Shown: positions 50,296-63,000 of the stretch, piece by piece
Position numbering within the stretch: position 1 is the first letter of the stretch
Layout of the letters: each line of letters opens with the position of its first letter
Assembly (NCBI RefSeq): GCF_032444005.1
Contig: NC_091284.1
Span: forward strand, 728,066,001 to 728,130,000
From: Ranitomeya imitator
Taxonomy: Eukaryota
Direction: 5' to 3'
Length of the DNA stretch: 64,000 nucleotides
Notes under the pieces: model-generated
Databases searched by the model: none
What the model was told of the DNA's origin: nothing
Seen by the model: only the letters and a program-made list of their open reading frames with translations
Translations under genes and position numbers: made by a program

Positions 50296-51897
50296 TTAAA
50301 ACAATAAAATTAAATGTTTGTGATTTAGTTGCATAATAATTCTGCACACAGATATATTCTCCTGAGAAAGACAAAGCCACACTTTTACTTTCTTAAATAT
50401 TCAGGTTTATTAACCTTTTAGATTGACTGACAGCACTGTGGTTGTGCAACAATAAAATTATGTATCAAAAATACAAATTGCCCAATAATTGTGTACACAG
50501 TGTAAATCTATATACAGTAGATGACATGGCAAGTCTCACAATGATCAATCTCTGACTATTCTGACAATTCTGCCAAATATCCATCTCAGATCCTTGCCAT
50601 AAGACAAATCAGTATTTAAGCTTAATTATTAAATTATCTTTCTTTTTAAACTCATTTCTGCCCTGGTTATGTGGCTTTACATTATTGGCCTACTTTTACA
50701 TCTAAAGCAATGCATATTTTTTTTTAAACAGCTAAGTTTTGATGCCATTTTTAACACATATAGCAATATTGGTATTTATATATTCATTAATCGCTATGTG
50801 GTAGCTACAGGATAAATGATTAATAGCAGATCAGTGGAAGATCAACAGCCGGCACCTCCCGCGATCAGCTGTTATCTGCTCTGGTGGCTGGATGTAAACT
50901 CATCCTGTAGACAGGTCATCAACACCTATGTCAGAACAATACTTTTACATTATAAAAATGGTTTCTCCATCGCCACATTGGGGGACACAGAAACGTGGAT
51001 GTATGCTGCTGCCACTAGGAGGCTGACACTAAGTAAATACAAAAAGGGTTAGCTCCTCCTCTGCAGTATACAGCGCCCACTGGCTCCGGATAATACCAGT
51101 TCTTGCTTAGTGTCTGTAGGAGGCACACTGCGTCTGTTTTTTCCCAGACGTTCCTATTTTTATTTTTTACTTTGCGCAAGAGGATGAAAGGGGCGACGGA
51201 CCCTTTTAAGGGGGCCGATCTCCCCCGAAACATTAACAGGCGAGCACGGTGAGTTTACTTCCCGTACCCTTTCCTGCGACGTGGGATGTTCGGCCGTGGC
51301 CTAGCCCTGTAAAATCCTAGGGGAGCGAACCCTTAGGATACACAGAGGCCACCTTCCCACGAGCACAGTCCGGCCGCCCTCCCTTTGCTCCACCACTGTA
51401 GAACAGCGGTGCTGCAAGGAGCTTCCCAGTCCCTCTCCACCTCCTCATCAAGAGGGCGGCGGATCAAGGTTGACTGCGCTTCCCCCTCATACCTCGCCTG
51501 AAGAGGACCTAAGCGGTGAGTCTAGCATGGGTGGGGGGCTCCCGAGCGCACCGTGGGCTCGGCCACATCTTGTGGCTGGGCACAGCTAATTTAGTCCCCG
51601 GCTTCGGCCTCAGCTAGGTCGCGTTTTGCCCACTGAGTGCGGCACGAGCGACGGCCCGCACACCGATTCAGCGCTTCTCGCTCACTGCGAGAAGCGCCCA
51701 ACAAAGTCTCGGCGGCCATCTTAGACAACGAGGAGTCTCAACGCCACCTTCTCCCCCGATCTCAGTGTGGCATCTGGAATACAGGACCTGGGTAGGTGCG
51801 CTGCACGCTGACACAGGCCCTCATACTTCTGCATAGTGCTCCACTTTTTACTAGCTGCACAGGTGTCCACAGCCCTGCACGGAGGTTAACAGACAAC

Positions 51898-53069
51898 ATG
51901 TCTCTGCCTAAACACAAAAAGTCCGCAAAAACACATAGTGTTCTTCACTTCTTGCACCTCCTTTCAGGCTGCGCTACCAAGCTGGCATACAACTCCCCTC
52001 TGTAATGTTTGTGACCCTAAATGCGCACAGGAGCCCCCCACCGCAAACGAGCCCACGGTGACCAGTCCCCCTGAGTGGGCTTTGTCACTTTCGCAATCTA
52101 TGGCTTCTTTGACTAATGCTATCGAGTCCCTCCAGGATCCAACCAGGAGCAGGACTACTAATCCGCCTATTCAGGAAGCTTCCCCTATGGCTCCGGAATC
52201 TTCAGCCTGCAGGGGCCACTCTCACTCTAAGCACAAGCGGCCATCTAGGAAGCGCATTCATAGCTCGGCCCCAGGCTCTCTGGTGCCTCGGCGTCCCTTA
52301 GCTCCGCTTACCGTTCTCGCACCCCAGGCACCTCTTCCGACCAGGATTCTGATCCTGAGTCTGATGGGCCTCTAAATCTGGAGTCGCCAGTTTATCAGAG
52401 CATTATAGATAGCCTCATTGAGGCCATCAACCAGTCCCTTCAGGTTGATGAGGAACTGGCGACCTCTGGTATGGAGAATTCGGTGTCTTTCAAAAGGACC
52501 AAACGTACTAATAGGGTGTTTGCCAATCACCCGGAGTTCCAGGACATAGTCCAGTGACATAGAGAGCGTCCAGACAAACACTTTCAGGGTCAGAGATCCC
52601 TGGAGTCCAAATATCCTTTTTCTCCTGATCTCCGCAAGCAATGGACAGAATCCCCTCCTTTGGATCCTCCTGTCTCACGTTTGTCCTTCAAAACTATCCT
52701 ATCCATGCCGGACGGATCCTCTATCAAAGATCCCACAGACCTTCTGACATAGCGGAGCTAGCAAATCAAATTTCCTTGGCTGGCGATAACTTAGTAAATG
52801 CTTCCCCGGATGCAGCGAACTGCTCTGCACTTACGGCTTCAAATGCTGTGGCAATTAGGAGAGCGCTATGCCTCAGGAACTGGCGAGCGGACTCCGTATC
52901 TAAAAAGTCCCTCACGTCTCTGCCATATCTCAATGGCCGTCTATTTGGTGAAAAGCTGGACAAACTAATTTCAGACACTACGGGGGGGAAAAAGTACTTC
53001 CCTTCCCCAGCAGAGATTCAGGCAACCGTTCCGACGACAGCCGCAGGCTCGTTTTCGGTCCTTTCGTGA
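51898..53069 (+). pseudogene. DIRS ORF1 (gag-like), frameshifted
   Basis: Cys-rich N-terminus, then pieces ending AVAIRRALCLRNWRADSVSKKSLTSLPYLNGRLFGEKLD, which I recognise as DIRS ORF1-like. Confidence 0.7.
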
Positions 53070-55100
53070 ATCTTACACATGGCATTCCTCAGCCAGTTCC
53101 CCTGGTTCGGGGTGTCGTGCCAGCAGAGACAAAAGCCCTCAGGCTTCATACTGGCCCAACCATTCCTGGAGGGGCTGCTCCACACAGTCTAGGTCCAGGG
53201 GATCCAGACCCCAACCATCTTCTTCTAAATGACTCGCAATCTCGTCCGGATGACACCGGCAAAGTAGGCGGACGCCTTCCCTTGTTTCATCATGCCTGGC
53301 TCGCAGTCGTTCACGATGAGTGGGTCAGGGATCTGGTGTCCTCCGGTTACAAAATTGATTTTTCCTTTCCTCCTGCAACCCGGTTTTTTGCTTCCCGCCC
53401 TCCCGAACCGGGAATGCGTGCTCGGGCTTTTTCCCAGGCCCTTCAGTCGCTCCGACAAGACAGAGTGATTGTCCTTGTCCCAGAAGATGAAAGGTTCTGC
53501 GGTTTTTATTCAAATCTGGTTATGGTCCCCCAAAAGGATGGAAGAGTACGGCCCATCCTGGACCTAAAGCTCTTGAACAGATTTGTCAAAGTCCATCATT
53601 TCAGGATGGAATCTCTCCGTTCCGTCATTGCATCGATGGAACACGGCGAATTCTTAGCATCCATCGACATCCGGGATGCGTACCTCCACATCCCAATCTT
53701 CCCACCTCATGAAAGGTTTCTTCGCTTCGCCGTCGGAGAGGAACATTTTCAGTTCACGACCTTGCCTTTCGGCCTCGCCACCGCCCCCAGAGTTTTCACA
53801 AAGGTCATGGCGGCGGTCATGGCCATTCTGCATTCTCGGGGTCTAGTCGTGCTTCCCTACCTAGATGACTTACTGGTCAAAGGTCTATCTTTCCGAGCCT
53901 GCGAGGAGTGCATCCGCATTTCCTTGGATACTCTTTCTCGGCTGGGCTGGTTGATCAACTTAAAAAAGTAATCTCCTGTTCCAGCTCAACGGATCTCCTT
54001 CTTGTGTAGGACCCTGGACACCTCCCTAGGGTTGGTGCTTCTTCTTCGGGACAAGGTCCTGGCTCTTCACCAGGGGGTCTGTAAGCTTCTTCAGCCGTCC
54101 CCCTGTTTCATCCATTTCGGCATGAGGATTCTTGGGAAGATGGTGGCCGCAATGGAGGCGTTTCCATTTGCGCAACTACACCTCCGTCCCCTCCAGCACG
54201 CTCTGCTGGACGCATGGGACGGGAGTCCATTTTCCCTTGACCGACTGTGTCCTCTCTCTCCTCGGGACAAGCAGACACTCCAATGGTGGATGCTCCGATC
54301 CTCTCTTCTCCAAGGGAAGTCCTTCCTCCCAGTCCATTGGCTGGTAGTCACTACCGACGCCAGCCTCCTAGGCTGGGGAGCGGTCTTTCGCCATGGCACT
54401 GTGCAGGGAACCTGGAGTTATCACGAGTCTTGTCTTCTAATCAATATCCTGGAGATACGTGCGATTCGGCTGTCCCTAAAGCGGTTCCATCATCTCCTAG
54501 CAGGCCACCCCATCCGTATCCAGATGGATAATGCCGCGGCTGTGGCTTATATAAACCATCAGAGGGGCACCTGCAGCAGAGCTGCAATGCGTGAGATAGA
54601 GCACATCCTTCGCTGGGCTGAATACATTCACTCGGTCATATCGGCCGTTCACATTCCAGGAGTGGAGAATTGGGCCACGGATTTCCTCAGCAGTGGTCTC
54701 TCCATCAGGACGTATTCCAACAAATCTGCCTTCGTTGGGGTACTCCGGACGTAGACTTGATGGCTTCCTGGTTCAATGCCAAGGTACCTCAGTTTGTGGC
54801 CCGGTCCCAGGATCCCAGAGCAATCAGGGCGGATGCGCTAGTCCTTCCTTAGAGTCAGTTTTACCTCCCTTACCTGTTTCCCCCCCGCCCCTGCTTCCCA
54901 GAGTCATCAGGAAGATCAGGGCAGAGGGTGTCCCGGTAATTCTCATCGCCCCGGATTGGCCTCGCCGGGCGTGTTATGCAGAGCTGGTCCAGCTCATCGC
55001 AGACGTTCCTTGGCGCCTACCAGATCTACTTTCCCAGGGCTTGATCTACCACCAGAACTCAGGGGCCCTGTGTTTGACAGCATGGCCGTTGAATCCTGGG
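53066..55100 (+). pseudogene. DIRS RT - RNase H - adenine-methyltransferase-like ORF, disrupted
   Basis: RT: RPILDLK, SIDIRDAYLH, LPFGL, YLDD. Stop at 53969-53971. RNase H: TTDAS, LEIRAI, MDN. MT-like: VDLMAS..YLFPP..VILIAPDWP. Confidence 0.9.
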
Positions 55101-56012
55101 TTCTGACTCAAGCAGGTTTTTCCCGCGAGGTAGTTTCCACCTTGATCAATGCCCGAAAGCCAGTGTCATTGCACATCTACCATCGGACCTGGAGGATCTT
55201 CTTTGATTGCTGCAGAAGCAGAGGTCACCCTCTGATGGTTTTCAGCATCCCTACCATCCTGGCTTTCCTCCTGGACTTGGGACTTTCATCGAGTTCCCTT
55301 AAAGGGCAGGTCTCGGCCTTGTCAGTCCTTTTTCAACAAAGAATTGCTTCTAAACCTCAGGTCAGAACATTCTTTCAGGGACTCCCTCACGTCGTGCCTC
55401 CCTACAGACCTTCATGGAAGGTGGCCTTTCTCGTCGCTATTACCTCGATCAGACGAGTCTCGGAGTTGGCTGCCCTTTCCTGTCGGACGCCGTTCCTTAC
55501 GTTCCACCGAGACAAGGTGGTCCTCAGACCATCCCCTACTTTCCTCCCGAAGGTGGTGTCTTCCTTCCACCTCAATGAGGATATCGTACTTCTGTTTCTT
55601 TGCCCTACTCCAACGCAAGGCATGGAGAAGGCTCTTCATTCCTTGGACCTTGTTAGAGCTCTCAGGAAGTACGTGTCCAGGACGGCATCTTTTCGACAGA
55701 CGGATGCTCTATTCGTGCTCACGGTGGGACACCGGAAGGGACTGGCCGCTTCTAAGTCGACAATCGGTTGACTATTCAAGAGGCTTACCGCGTCAGAGGC
55801 AAGCCTATCCCTGCGGGCCTCAGGGCACACTCCACTTGGTCGGTGGGTGCTTCCTGGGCATTCGGAATCAAGCATCTGCAGAGCAGGTTTGCAAAGCTGC
55901 GATCTGGTCTAGCCTGCACACCTTTTCAAAGCATTACAATGTCCATACTCAGGCATCTTCAGATGCAAGCCTGGGTAGGCGTATTCTGCAGGCAGCGGTA
56001 GAGCACCTGTAG
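55082..56012 (+). pseudogene. DIRS tyrosine recombinase, disrupted
   Basis: SIRRVSEL motif; HSTW in place of HSTR; TFSKHY; internal deletion after PPYRP; frameshift near 55768. Confidence 0.88.
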
Positions 56013-58096
56013 ACAGCAGGTGCCATAAGTTTACACTGTTGGGTTGTTATTTCCCACCCAGGGACTGCTTTTGGATGTCCCACGGTCCTGTGTCTCCCAA
56101 TGTGGCGATGGAGAAATAGGGATTTTTGTGTACTCACCGTAAAATCCTTTTCTCCGAGCCACTCATTGGGGGGGACAGCACCCACCCTTGTTTTGGCTTG
56201 TTGCCTATGATAAGTATGATAAGTCTCTGACTTGTTGTTTCTACAGTTAAATCTTGTTAGTCTCCTACTGCTTTGCTACGAACTGGTATTATCCGGAGCC
56301 AGTGGGCTGTGTATACTGCAGAGGAGGAGCTAACCCTTTTTGTATTTACTTAGTGTCAGCCTCCTAGTGGCAGCAGCATACACCCACGGTCCTGTGTCCC
56401 CCAATGTGTGGCTCAGAAAAAATTTTTTTTCGGTGAGTACACAAAATCCCTATTTCATGATAAAGCAGAGTGATACAGTTCTAGAGATTGACCCGTTTGT
56501 CCCTGCTCAGAGATTCCTGTTTCTGAAAATCTGAAACCCTATTACAGCACAATAATAACTCAATTGCATAAGTCTTTTAATATTAGTCCATTTTCATATA
56601 GTTTTTTCCAGATTTTTGGAGATGATCTGCTCCAAAATCCTCCTCCCCAAAAAATAAAAAAATAATACTTGGAAAACTCTTGCTATTCATTTCTATGATA
56701 AATCCATTTTAATGATCTTTTGAAGAGTTTTTTTGAGCATTTATTTTCCCAAAAAGGTTTTTCAAAATGACTGCTGAAAACAAAGTGTTAAGCTATATTC
56801 ACACTGGGTGTTTTGAGGGTTGTTTATAGTGGATCAGCTAGAAAATTATCTCCCAAACTGCATAAAAAATACTTTTAAAACTATTTCTATGGGAAATCCA
56901 CATTGAAACCGTGATGTTTCTTTACCATTTTTTCCTGAAGAGGTTTTGAAAAACTACTAGTGGTAAATAAAAGCGCACACAAGTTCTTTAAAGCACATCC
57001 TGATGGAATACACTACAAACTGAGCGCTGTCGAATTGTTTTGAAAAAAAAAAACAACTTCAAAAAGAAAATTATTTTTTTTTTACATCTTTAAAGGGTTT
57101 CTCCAAGAATGCAATAAAATCGTTCCCGTTGTGTAATTCAAATGGCAACCCATTAAGTCATGTGTCAGAATGGATTACAATCTGAAAAGACACAGCTTCC
57201 GAGACCTGTGCCTCGAATGACAGAGGAGCTGTAATGTAAGCACGCATATTGGTGAGCAACCAGAGAAGGGTATTGACAGGAGCACAAAGGATTCTCCTGT
57301 CAGTTTTTCTTCTTAACTCACTTAGGTATGTGTACTTAGCCTATAGCTTCTCTGTCAGTTGAGACAAAGGTATTGGGAGCTGTCTATTATCAGACTGACA
57401 TGTGACTAGGATGGGTTGCTGTGTTAATTATGTGACAGGTGTCATTTTAATACATTCTTGGAGGACCGTGTTAAGGGTATGAGCGCATAAAGATTTTTGT
57501 AGAAGTTTTTTTGTAAGCGGGTTTGATAAAAAAAGGCCTGAAAAAATCACACTTAAAGTAAACTCTTAAAAAGCTCTTATTGTATAAACACTTTGCTGTT
57601 CATATGTTAAGTGTTTTGACCATTTTTTTTCCCACTTAATGTTTTGAAAAACGCTTGATAGTTTAAAAAAAAAAAATTGCACGTCAATTCTTTGAGGTGG
57701 CTCCTGATGGAATCCACTCACAACTTGGAACTGTCCAATCAAAAGGCTGCTAAATACTCTTTCACAACATCTTCAAGAAATGAAAAACTCCTCTAGAAAC
57801 TCCCCAAAAAGGTTTCCTGAAGCGATTTTCACTTGAAAATGTGTTATTTTTGACTGCCTAAAAAAGTAAAAAGTTGTTTTTGTTAAAAAAAACTCAGTTT
57901 GAATATAACGTCGGCTTAGTGTCTCAATTTGCAGATGACACTGAATATTTCATAAATGTTCCGTAAGTGATAAGGAAACAATGTATTCCCCTATAAAAGA
58001 GAAATTACCATGGTTGTTTCTCCCATTATGACCTTTTCAGTGCACATAGTGGCAATCACTGGCAGTCGCAGGTAAACTTATGCTCTTCATTTTCAG

Positions 58097-58319
58097 GTCT
58101 CACCCGCGGAGTTTGCAGTTGTGGCATCTGTAAGTGTGCATCCAACTACACTGGCAGTGCCTGCGGCTGCAGCCGGGACACCAGCGCATGTATGACACAT
58201 GATGGGATATGCAGCGGACATGGAAAGTGTGAATGTAATAAATGTGTCTGCGACAAAGGCTACTTTAACAAACTATGCAGTGACTGCCCTGGATGCCAGA
58301 CCCCGTGTCAAAACTACAG
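58097..58319 (+). CDS. ITGB7: Integrin beta-7 exon (I-EGF3/4): LTRGVCSCGICKC..CSGHGKCECNKC..CPGCQTPCQNY
   Basis: tttcag| acceptor and |gtaact donor; 223 bp, phase 1 to 2. Confidence 0.95.
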
Positions 58320-58694
58320 GTAACTCCAGAAGGGACTGCACTGTGCATGGTTTATGGCAGATCCACGGGACATTCTGGAATTGGCAAATAAATGGGATAC
58401 TTTGTATCATGAATAGTAACACACTGTTTCCATAGACTTTCTGCATCAGTACATCACAGTTTTAAGATCTCTGCTTGCTGTCATTCAATAGAAATATTCA
58501 CTGTTTACTTGCTGGGGATAAAACTGGTTTACATACACAGGAGCATGGCGTGTTTCAGTACGCAGATCGGAGAACGTTCCTGTAACAAGCCATGCACCAG
58601 GGCATCCATCACTTGACCAGAACTTTGTCTGGTGGAGGTGATGGTTTTCATTAAGTGACAGCAAGCAGACATCTTGTTGAGACAATTCATTTAA

Positions 58695-59708
58695 AGGGGT
58701 TAAACAGGACTTTAAAGTTGATGGACTATCGTTAGGATAGTCATCAATGTTTGATTAGTGAAGGAGCGACAACCGACACCTCTGCCGATCAGCTGTTCCT
58801 GGTAAAGTTGCAACTAAGCAGTTTTGGTAGCCAAAGACACTGGGAACAGCTGATCGGTGGGGGCACCGGGTGTCACAACCGCACCGATGAGACATTGATG
58901 ACCTAAATCATATAGACCTACCCTAAAACTAAAATCACTTTTTATTAAAACCAGGCAAACTAAAACCACCTTAAGTGACAAACAAAAAAACAAACAAGTG
59001 CTCAAACACAAGAACCCAGAACCTAATGGGGATAACTAGACAACCCTAGTTGAGGCACCTATATCGCCCCTACCTGGCTGCTGAGGTAGACGCCCTAGGG
59101 GGGAAACGTAGTGGCACCCCCGCTCCACGATGGCTGACCCTAGAGGCCCTGATGCACCCTGCAGCCACTAATGAGAGCCTCTACCCATAAACTAGAGGGT
59201 CCCCTGTGACTAGACAATGAAATTCCTAGACTAGGGAAGACCTAGGTCCCCAAATGAGTTAAAAACATTGAATGAACACATGGCGACACAAGAATTGTAG
59301 ATAGTAGGTGACAACCACTTTTGCAGTGGACGATATTGTTCAGATATAGATACTCTCACTAATTATATCATGGAGCCATCATGGAGCGGGGGCGCCACTA
59401 CTTTTTCCCCCTAGGGCGTCTACCTCCGCAGCCAGGTAGGGGCGATATAGGTGCCTCAACTAGGGTTGTCTAGTTATCCCCATTAGGTTCTGGGTTCTTG
59501 TGTTTGAGCACTTGTTTGTTTTTTTGTTTGTCACTTAAGGTGGTTTTAGTTTGCCTGGTTTTAATAATAAAAGTGATTTTAGTTTTAGGGTAGGTCTATA
59601 TGATTTCAATTTTGGTACCCTCTGGTTAATATATTTTCTTTAGCGTATGACATTGATGACCTAACCTAATGCTAGTACATCAATGTTAAAGTCCCTGACA
59701 ACGCCTTT
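58695..59708. mobile_element. T2/Kolobok-like MITE hosting an inverted-repeat insertion
   Basis: TTAA|AGGGG start; arms GGACTTTAA..TTGATG and CATCAA..TTAAAGTCC; central GATCAGCTGTTCC/GGAACAGCTGATC palindrome. Confidence 0.6.
58907..59648. mobile_element. Unclassified insertion with about 230-bp inverted arms and a 16-bp flanking direct repeat (PLE-like)
   Basis: Arms 58905-59135 and 59374-59606; GACATTGATGACCTAA at 58891-58906 and 59649-59664. Confidence 0.7.
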
Positions 59709-60018
59709 ACATATTACTAGGTATTTACGGTCTACAAAGGTTATGCAGAATTAGGAAAACTTAGCTCCTTCCTCAAGAAACAGCACCATGACTGGTATAG
59801 CCACACAGTTCTAGGAAACAGGACTGATACCAGATCCCTCCTGCTGACAGGTGTGGCACTGTTTCTAACTGAAAACATTCATGTGTGTTTCTAATTCTGT
59901 ACAATTCTATTTGAATGATATTTCATAATTTTTAGATACAGTGGGGGAAAAAAAGTAATTAGTCAGCCACCAATTGTGCAAGTTCTCCCACTTAAAAAGA
60001 TGAGAGAGGCCTGTAATT

Positions 60019-63000
60019 ACACTCATCAGGAGGGCGTTAAACTAGAAGAAGAGGGGACGGGAAGAAAAACATTAGACTCGAACAAAGACGACCCAGGAAA
60101 ACATACTCAGAAGGGAGGTAAGAACATTTCTAAAACAATCCACAGTGAGGAGATTGGAACAAAACAAAATCCTCTAAACTGCATGCTCGCAAACGCCAGA
60201 AGCCTGACAAACAAGATGGAAGAACTAGAAGCAGAAATATCTACAGGTAACTTTGACATAGTGGGAATAACCGAGACATGGTTAGATGAAAGCTATGACT
60301 GGGCAGTTAACTTACAGGGTTACAGTCTGTTTAGAAAGGATCGTAAAAATCGGAGAGGAGGAGGGGTTTGTCTCTATGTAAAGTCTTGTCTAAAGTCCAC
60401 TTTAAGGGAGGATATTAGCGAAGGGAATGAGGATGTCGAGTCCATATGGGTTGAAATTCATGGAGGGAAAAATGGTAACAAAATTCTCATTGGGGTCTGT
60501 TACAAACCCCCAAATATAACAGAAAGCATGGAAAGTCTACTTCTAAAGCAGATAGATGAAGCTGCAACCCATAATGAGGTCCTGGTTATGGGGGACTTTA
60601 ACTACCCGGATATTAACTGGGAAACAGAAACCTGTGAAACCCATAAAGGCAACAGGTTTCTGCTAATAACCAAGAAAAATTATCTTTCACAATTGGTGCA
60701 GAATCCAACCAGAGGAGCAGCACTTTTAGACCTAATACTATCTAATAGACCTGACAGAATAACAAATCTGCAGGTGGTTGGGCATTTAGGAAATAGCGAC
60801 CACAATATTGTACAGTTTCACCTGTCTTTCACTAGGGGGACTTGTCAGGGAGTCACAAAAACATTGAACTTTAGGAAGGCAAAGTTTGACCAGCTTAGAG
60901 ATGCCCTTAATCTGGTAGACTGGGACAATATCCTCAGAAATGAGAATACAGATAATAAATGGGAAATGTTTAAGAACATCCTAAATAGGCAGTGTAAGCG
61001 GTTTATACCTTGTGGGAATAAAAGGACTAGAAATAGGAAAAACCCAATGTGGCTAAACAAAGAAGTAAGACAGGCAATTAACAGTAAAAAGAAAGCATTT
61101 GCACTACTAAAGCAGGATGGCACCATTGAAGCTCTAAAAAACTATAGGGAGAAAAATACTTTATCTAAAAAACTAATTAAAGCTGCCAAAAAGGAAACAG
61201 AGAAGCACATTGCTAAGGAGAGTAAAACTAATCCCAAACTGTTCTTCAACTATATCAATAGTAAAAGAATAAAAACTGAAAATGTAGGCCCCTTAAAAAA
61301 TAGTGAGGAAAGAATGGTTGTAGATGACGAGGAAAAAGCTAACATATTAAACACCTTCTTCTCCACGGTATTCACGGTGGAAAATGAAATGCTAGGTGAA
61401 ATCCCAAGAAACAATGAAAACCCTATATTAAGGGTCAACAATCTAACCCAAGAAGAGGTGCGAAACCGGCTAAATAAGATTAAAATAGATAAATCTCCGG
61501 GTCCGGATGGCATACACCCACGAGTACTAAGAGAACTAAGTAATGTAATAGATAAACCATTATTTCTTATTTTTAGGGACTCTATAGCGACGGGGTCTGT
61601 TCCGCAGGATTGGCGCGTAGCAAATGTGGTGCCAATATTCAAAAAGGGCTCTAAAAGTGAACCTGGAAATTATAGGCCAGTAAGTCTAACCTCTATTGTT
61701 GGTAAAATATTTGAAGGGTTTCTGAGGGATGTTATTCTGGATTATCTCAATGAGAATAACTGTTTAACTCCATATCAGCATGGGTTTATGAGAAATCGCT
61801 CCTGTCAAACCAATCTAATCAGTTTTTATGAAGAGGTAAGCTATAGGCTGGACCACGGTGAGTCATTGGACGTGGTATATCTCGATTTTTCCAAAGCGTT
61901 TGATACCGTGCCGCACAAGAGGTTGGTACACAAAATGAGAATGCTTGGTCTGGGGGAAAATGTGTGTAAATGGGTTAGTAACTGGCTTAGTGATAGAAAG
62001 CAGAGGGTGGTTATAAATGGTATAGTCTCTAACTGGGTTGCTGTGACCAGTGGGGTACCGCAGGGGTCAGTATTGGGACCTGTTCTCTTCAACATATTCA
62101 TTAATGATCTGGTAGAAGGTTTACACAGTAAAATATCGATATTTGCAGATGATACAAAACTATGTAAAGCAGTTAATACAAGAGAAGATAGTATTCTGCT
62201 ACAGATGGATCTGGATAAGTTGGAAACTTGGGCTGAAAGGTGGCAGATGAGGTTTAACAATGATAAATGTAAGGTTATACACATGGGAAGATGGAATCAA
62301 TATCACCATTACACACTGAACGGGAAACCACTGGGTAAATCTGACAGGGAGAAGGACTTGGGGATCCTAGTTAATGATAAACTTACCTGGAGCAGCCAGT
62401 GCCAGGCAGCAGCTGCCAAGGCAAACAGGATCATGGGGTGCATTAAAAGAGGTCTGGATACACATGATGAGAGCATTATACTGCCTCTGTACAAATCCCT
62501 AGTTAGACCGCACATGGAGTACTGTGTCCAGTTTTGGGCACCGGTGCTCAGGAAGGATATAATGGAACTAGAGAGAGTACAAAGGAGGGCAACAAAATTA
62601 ATAAAGGGGATGGGAGAACTACAATACCCAGATAGATTAGCGAAATTAGGATTATTTAGTCTAGAAAAAAGACGACTGAGGGGCGATCTAATAACCATGT
62701 ATAAGTATATAAGAGGACAATACAAATATCTCGCTGAGGATCTGTTTATACCAAGGAAGGTGACGGGCACAAGGGGGCATTCTTTGCGTCTGGAGGAGAG
62801 AAGGTTTTTCCACCAACATAGAAGAGGATTCTTTACTGTTAGGGCAGTGAGAATCTGGAATTGCTTGCCTGAGGAGGTGGTGATGGCGAACTCAGTCGAG
62901 GGGTTCAAGAGAGGCCTGGATGTCTTCCTGGAGCAGAACAATATTGTATCATACAATTATTAGGTTCTGTAGAAGGACGTAGATCTGGGGATTTATTATG

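Larger units (their letters stand above)
50962..56455 (+). mobile_element. Structurally complete DIRS1-type tyrosine-recombinase retrotransposon (decayed ORFs)
   Basis: ITRs at 50974-51102 and 56280-56408; internal complementary region at about 56079-56178; TTT at both termini; gag, RT/RH/MT and YR remnants. Confidence 0.95.

Noticed and set aside
12402-58319. ITGB2 or ITGB1 assignment
   Set aside because: The diagnostic segments ([29 protein letters not shown]) are closer to beta-7 as recalled. A phylogeny is still needed.
59081-59110. Hammerhead-like CTGAGGT..CCCTAGGG..GAAACGTA in the left inverted arm
   Set aside because: The core A9 is T, no stem I forms, and the motif is more degraded in the other arm. 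Too weak to call.
59976-60182. Novel N-terminal extension or Tc1-CR1 fusion protein in the 995-aa ORF
   Set aside because: The first codons come from the non-coding Tc1 terminal repeat and are in frame by chance. There is no evidence of a promoter or of selection.
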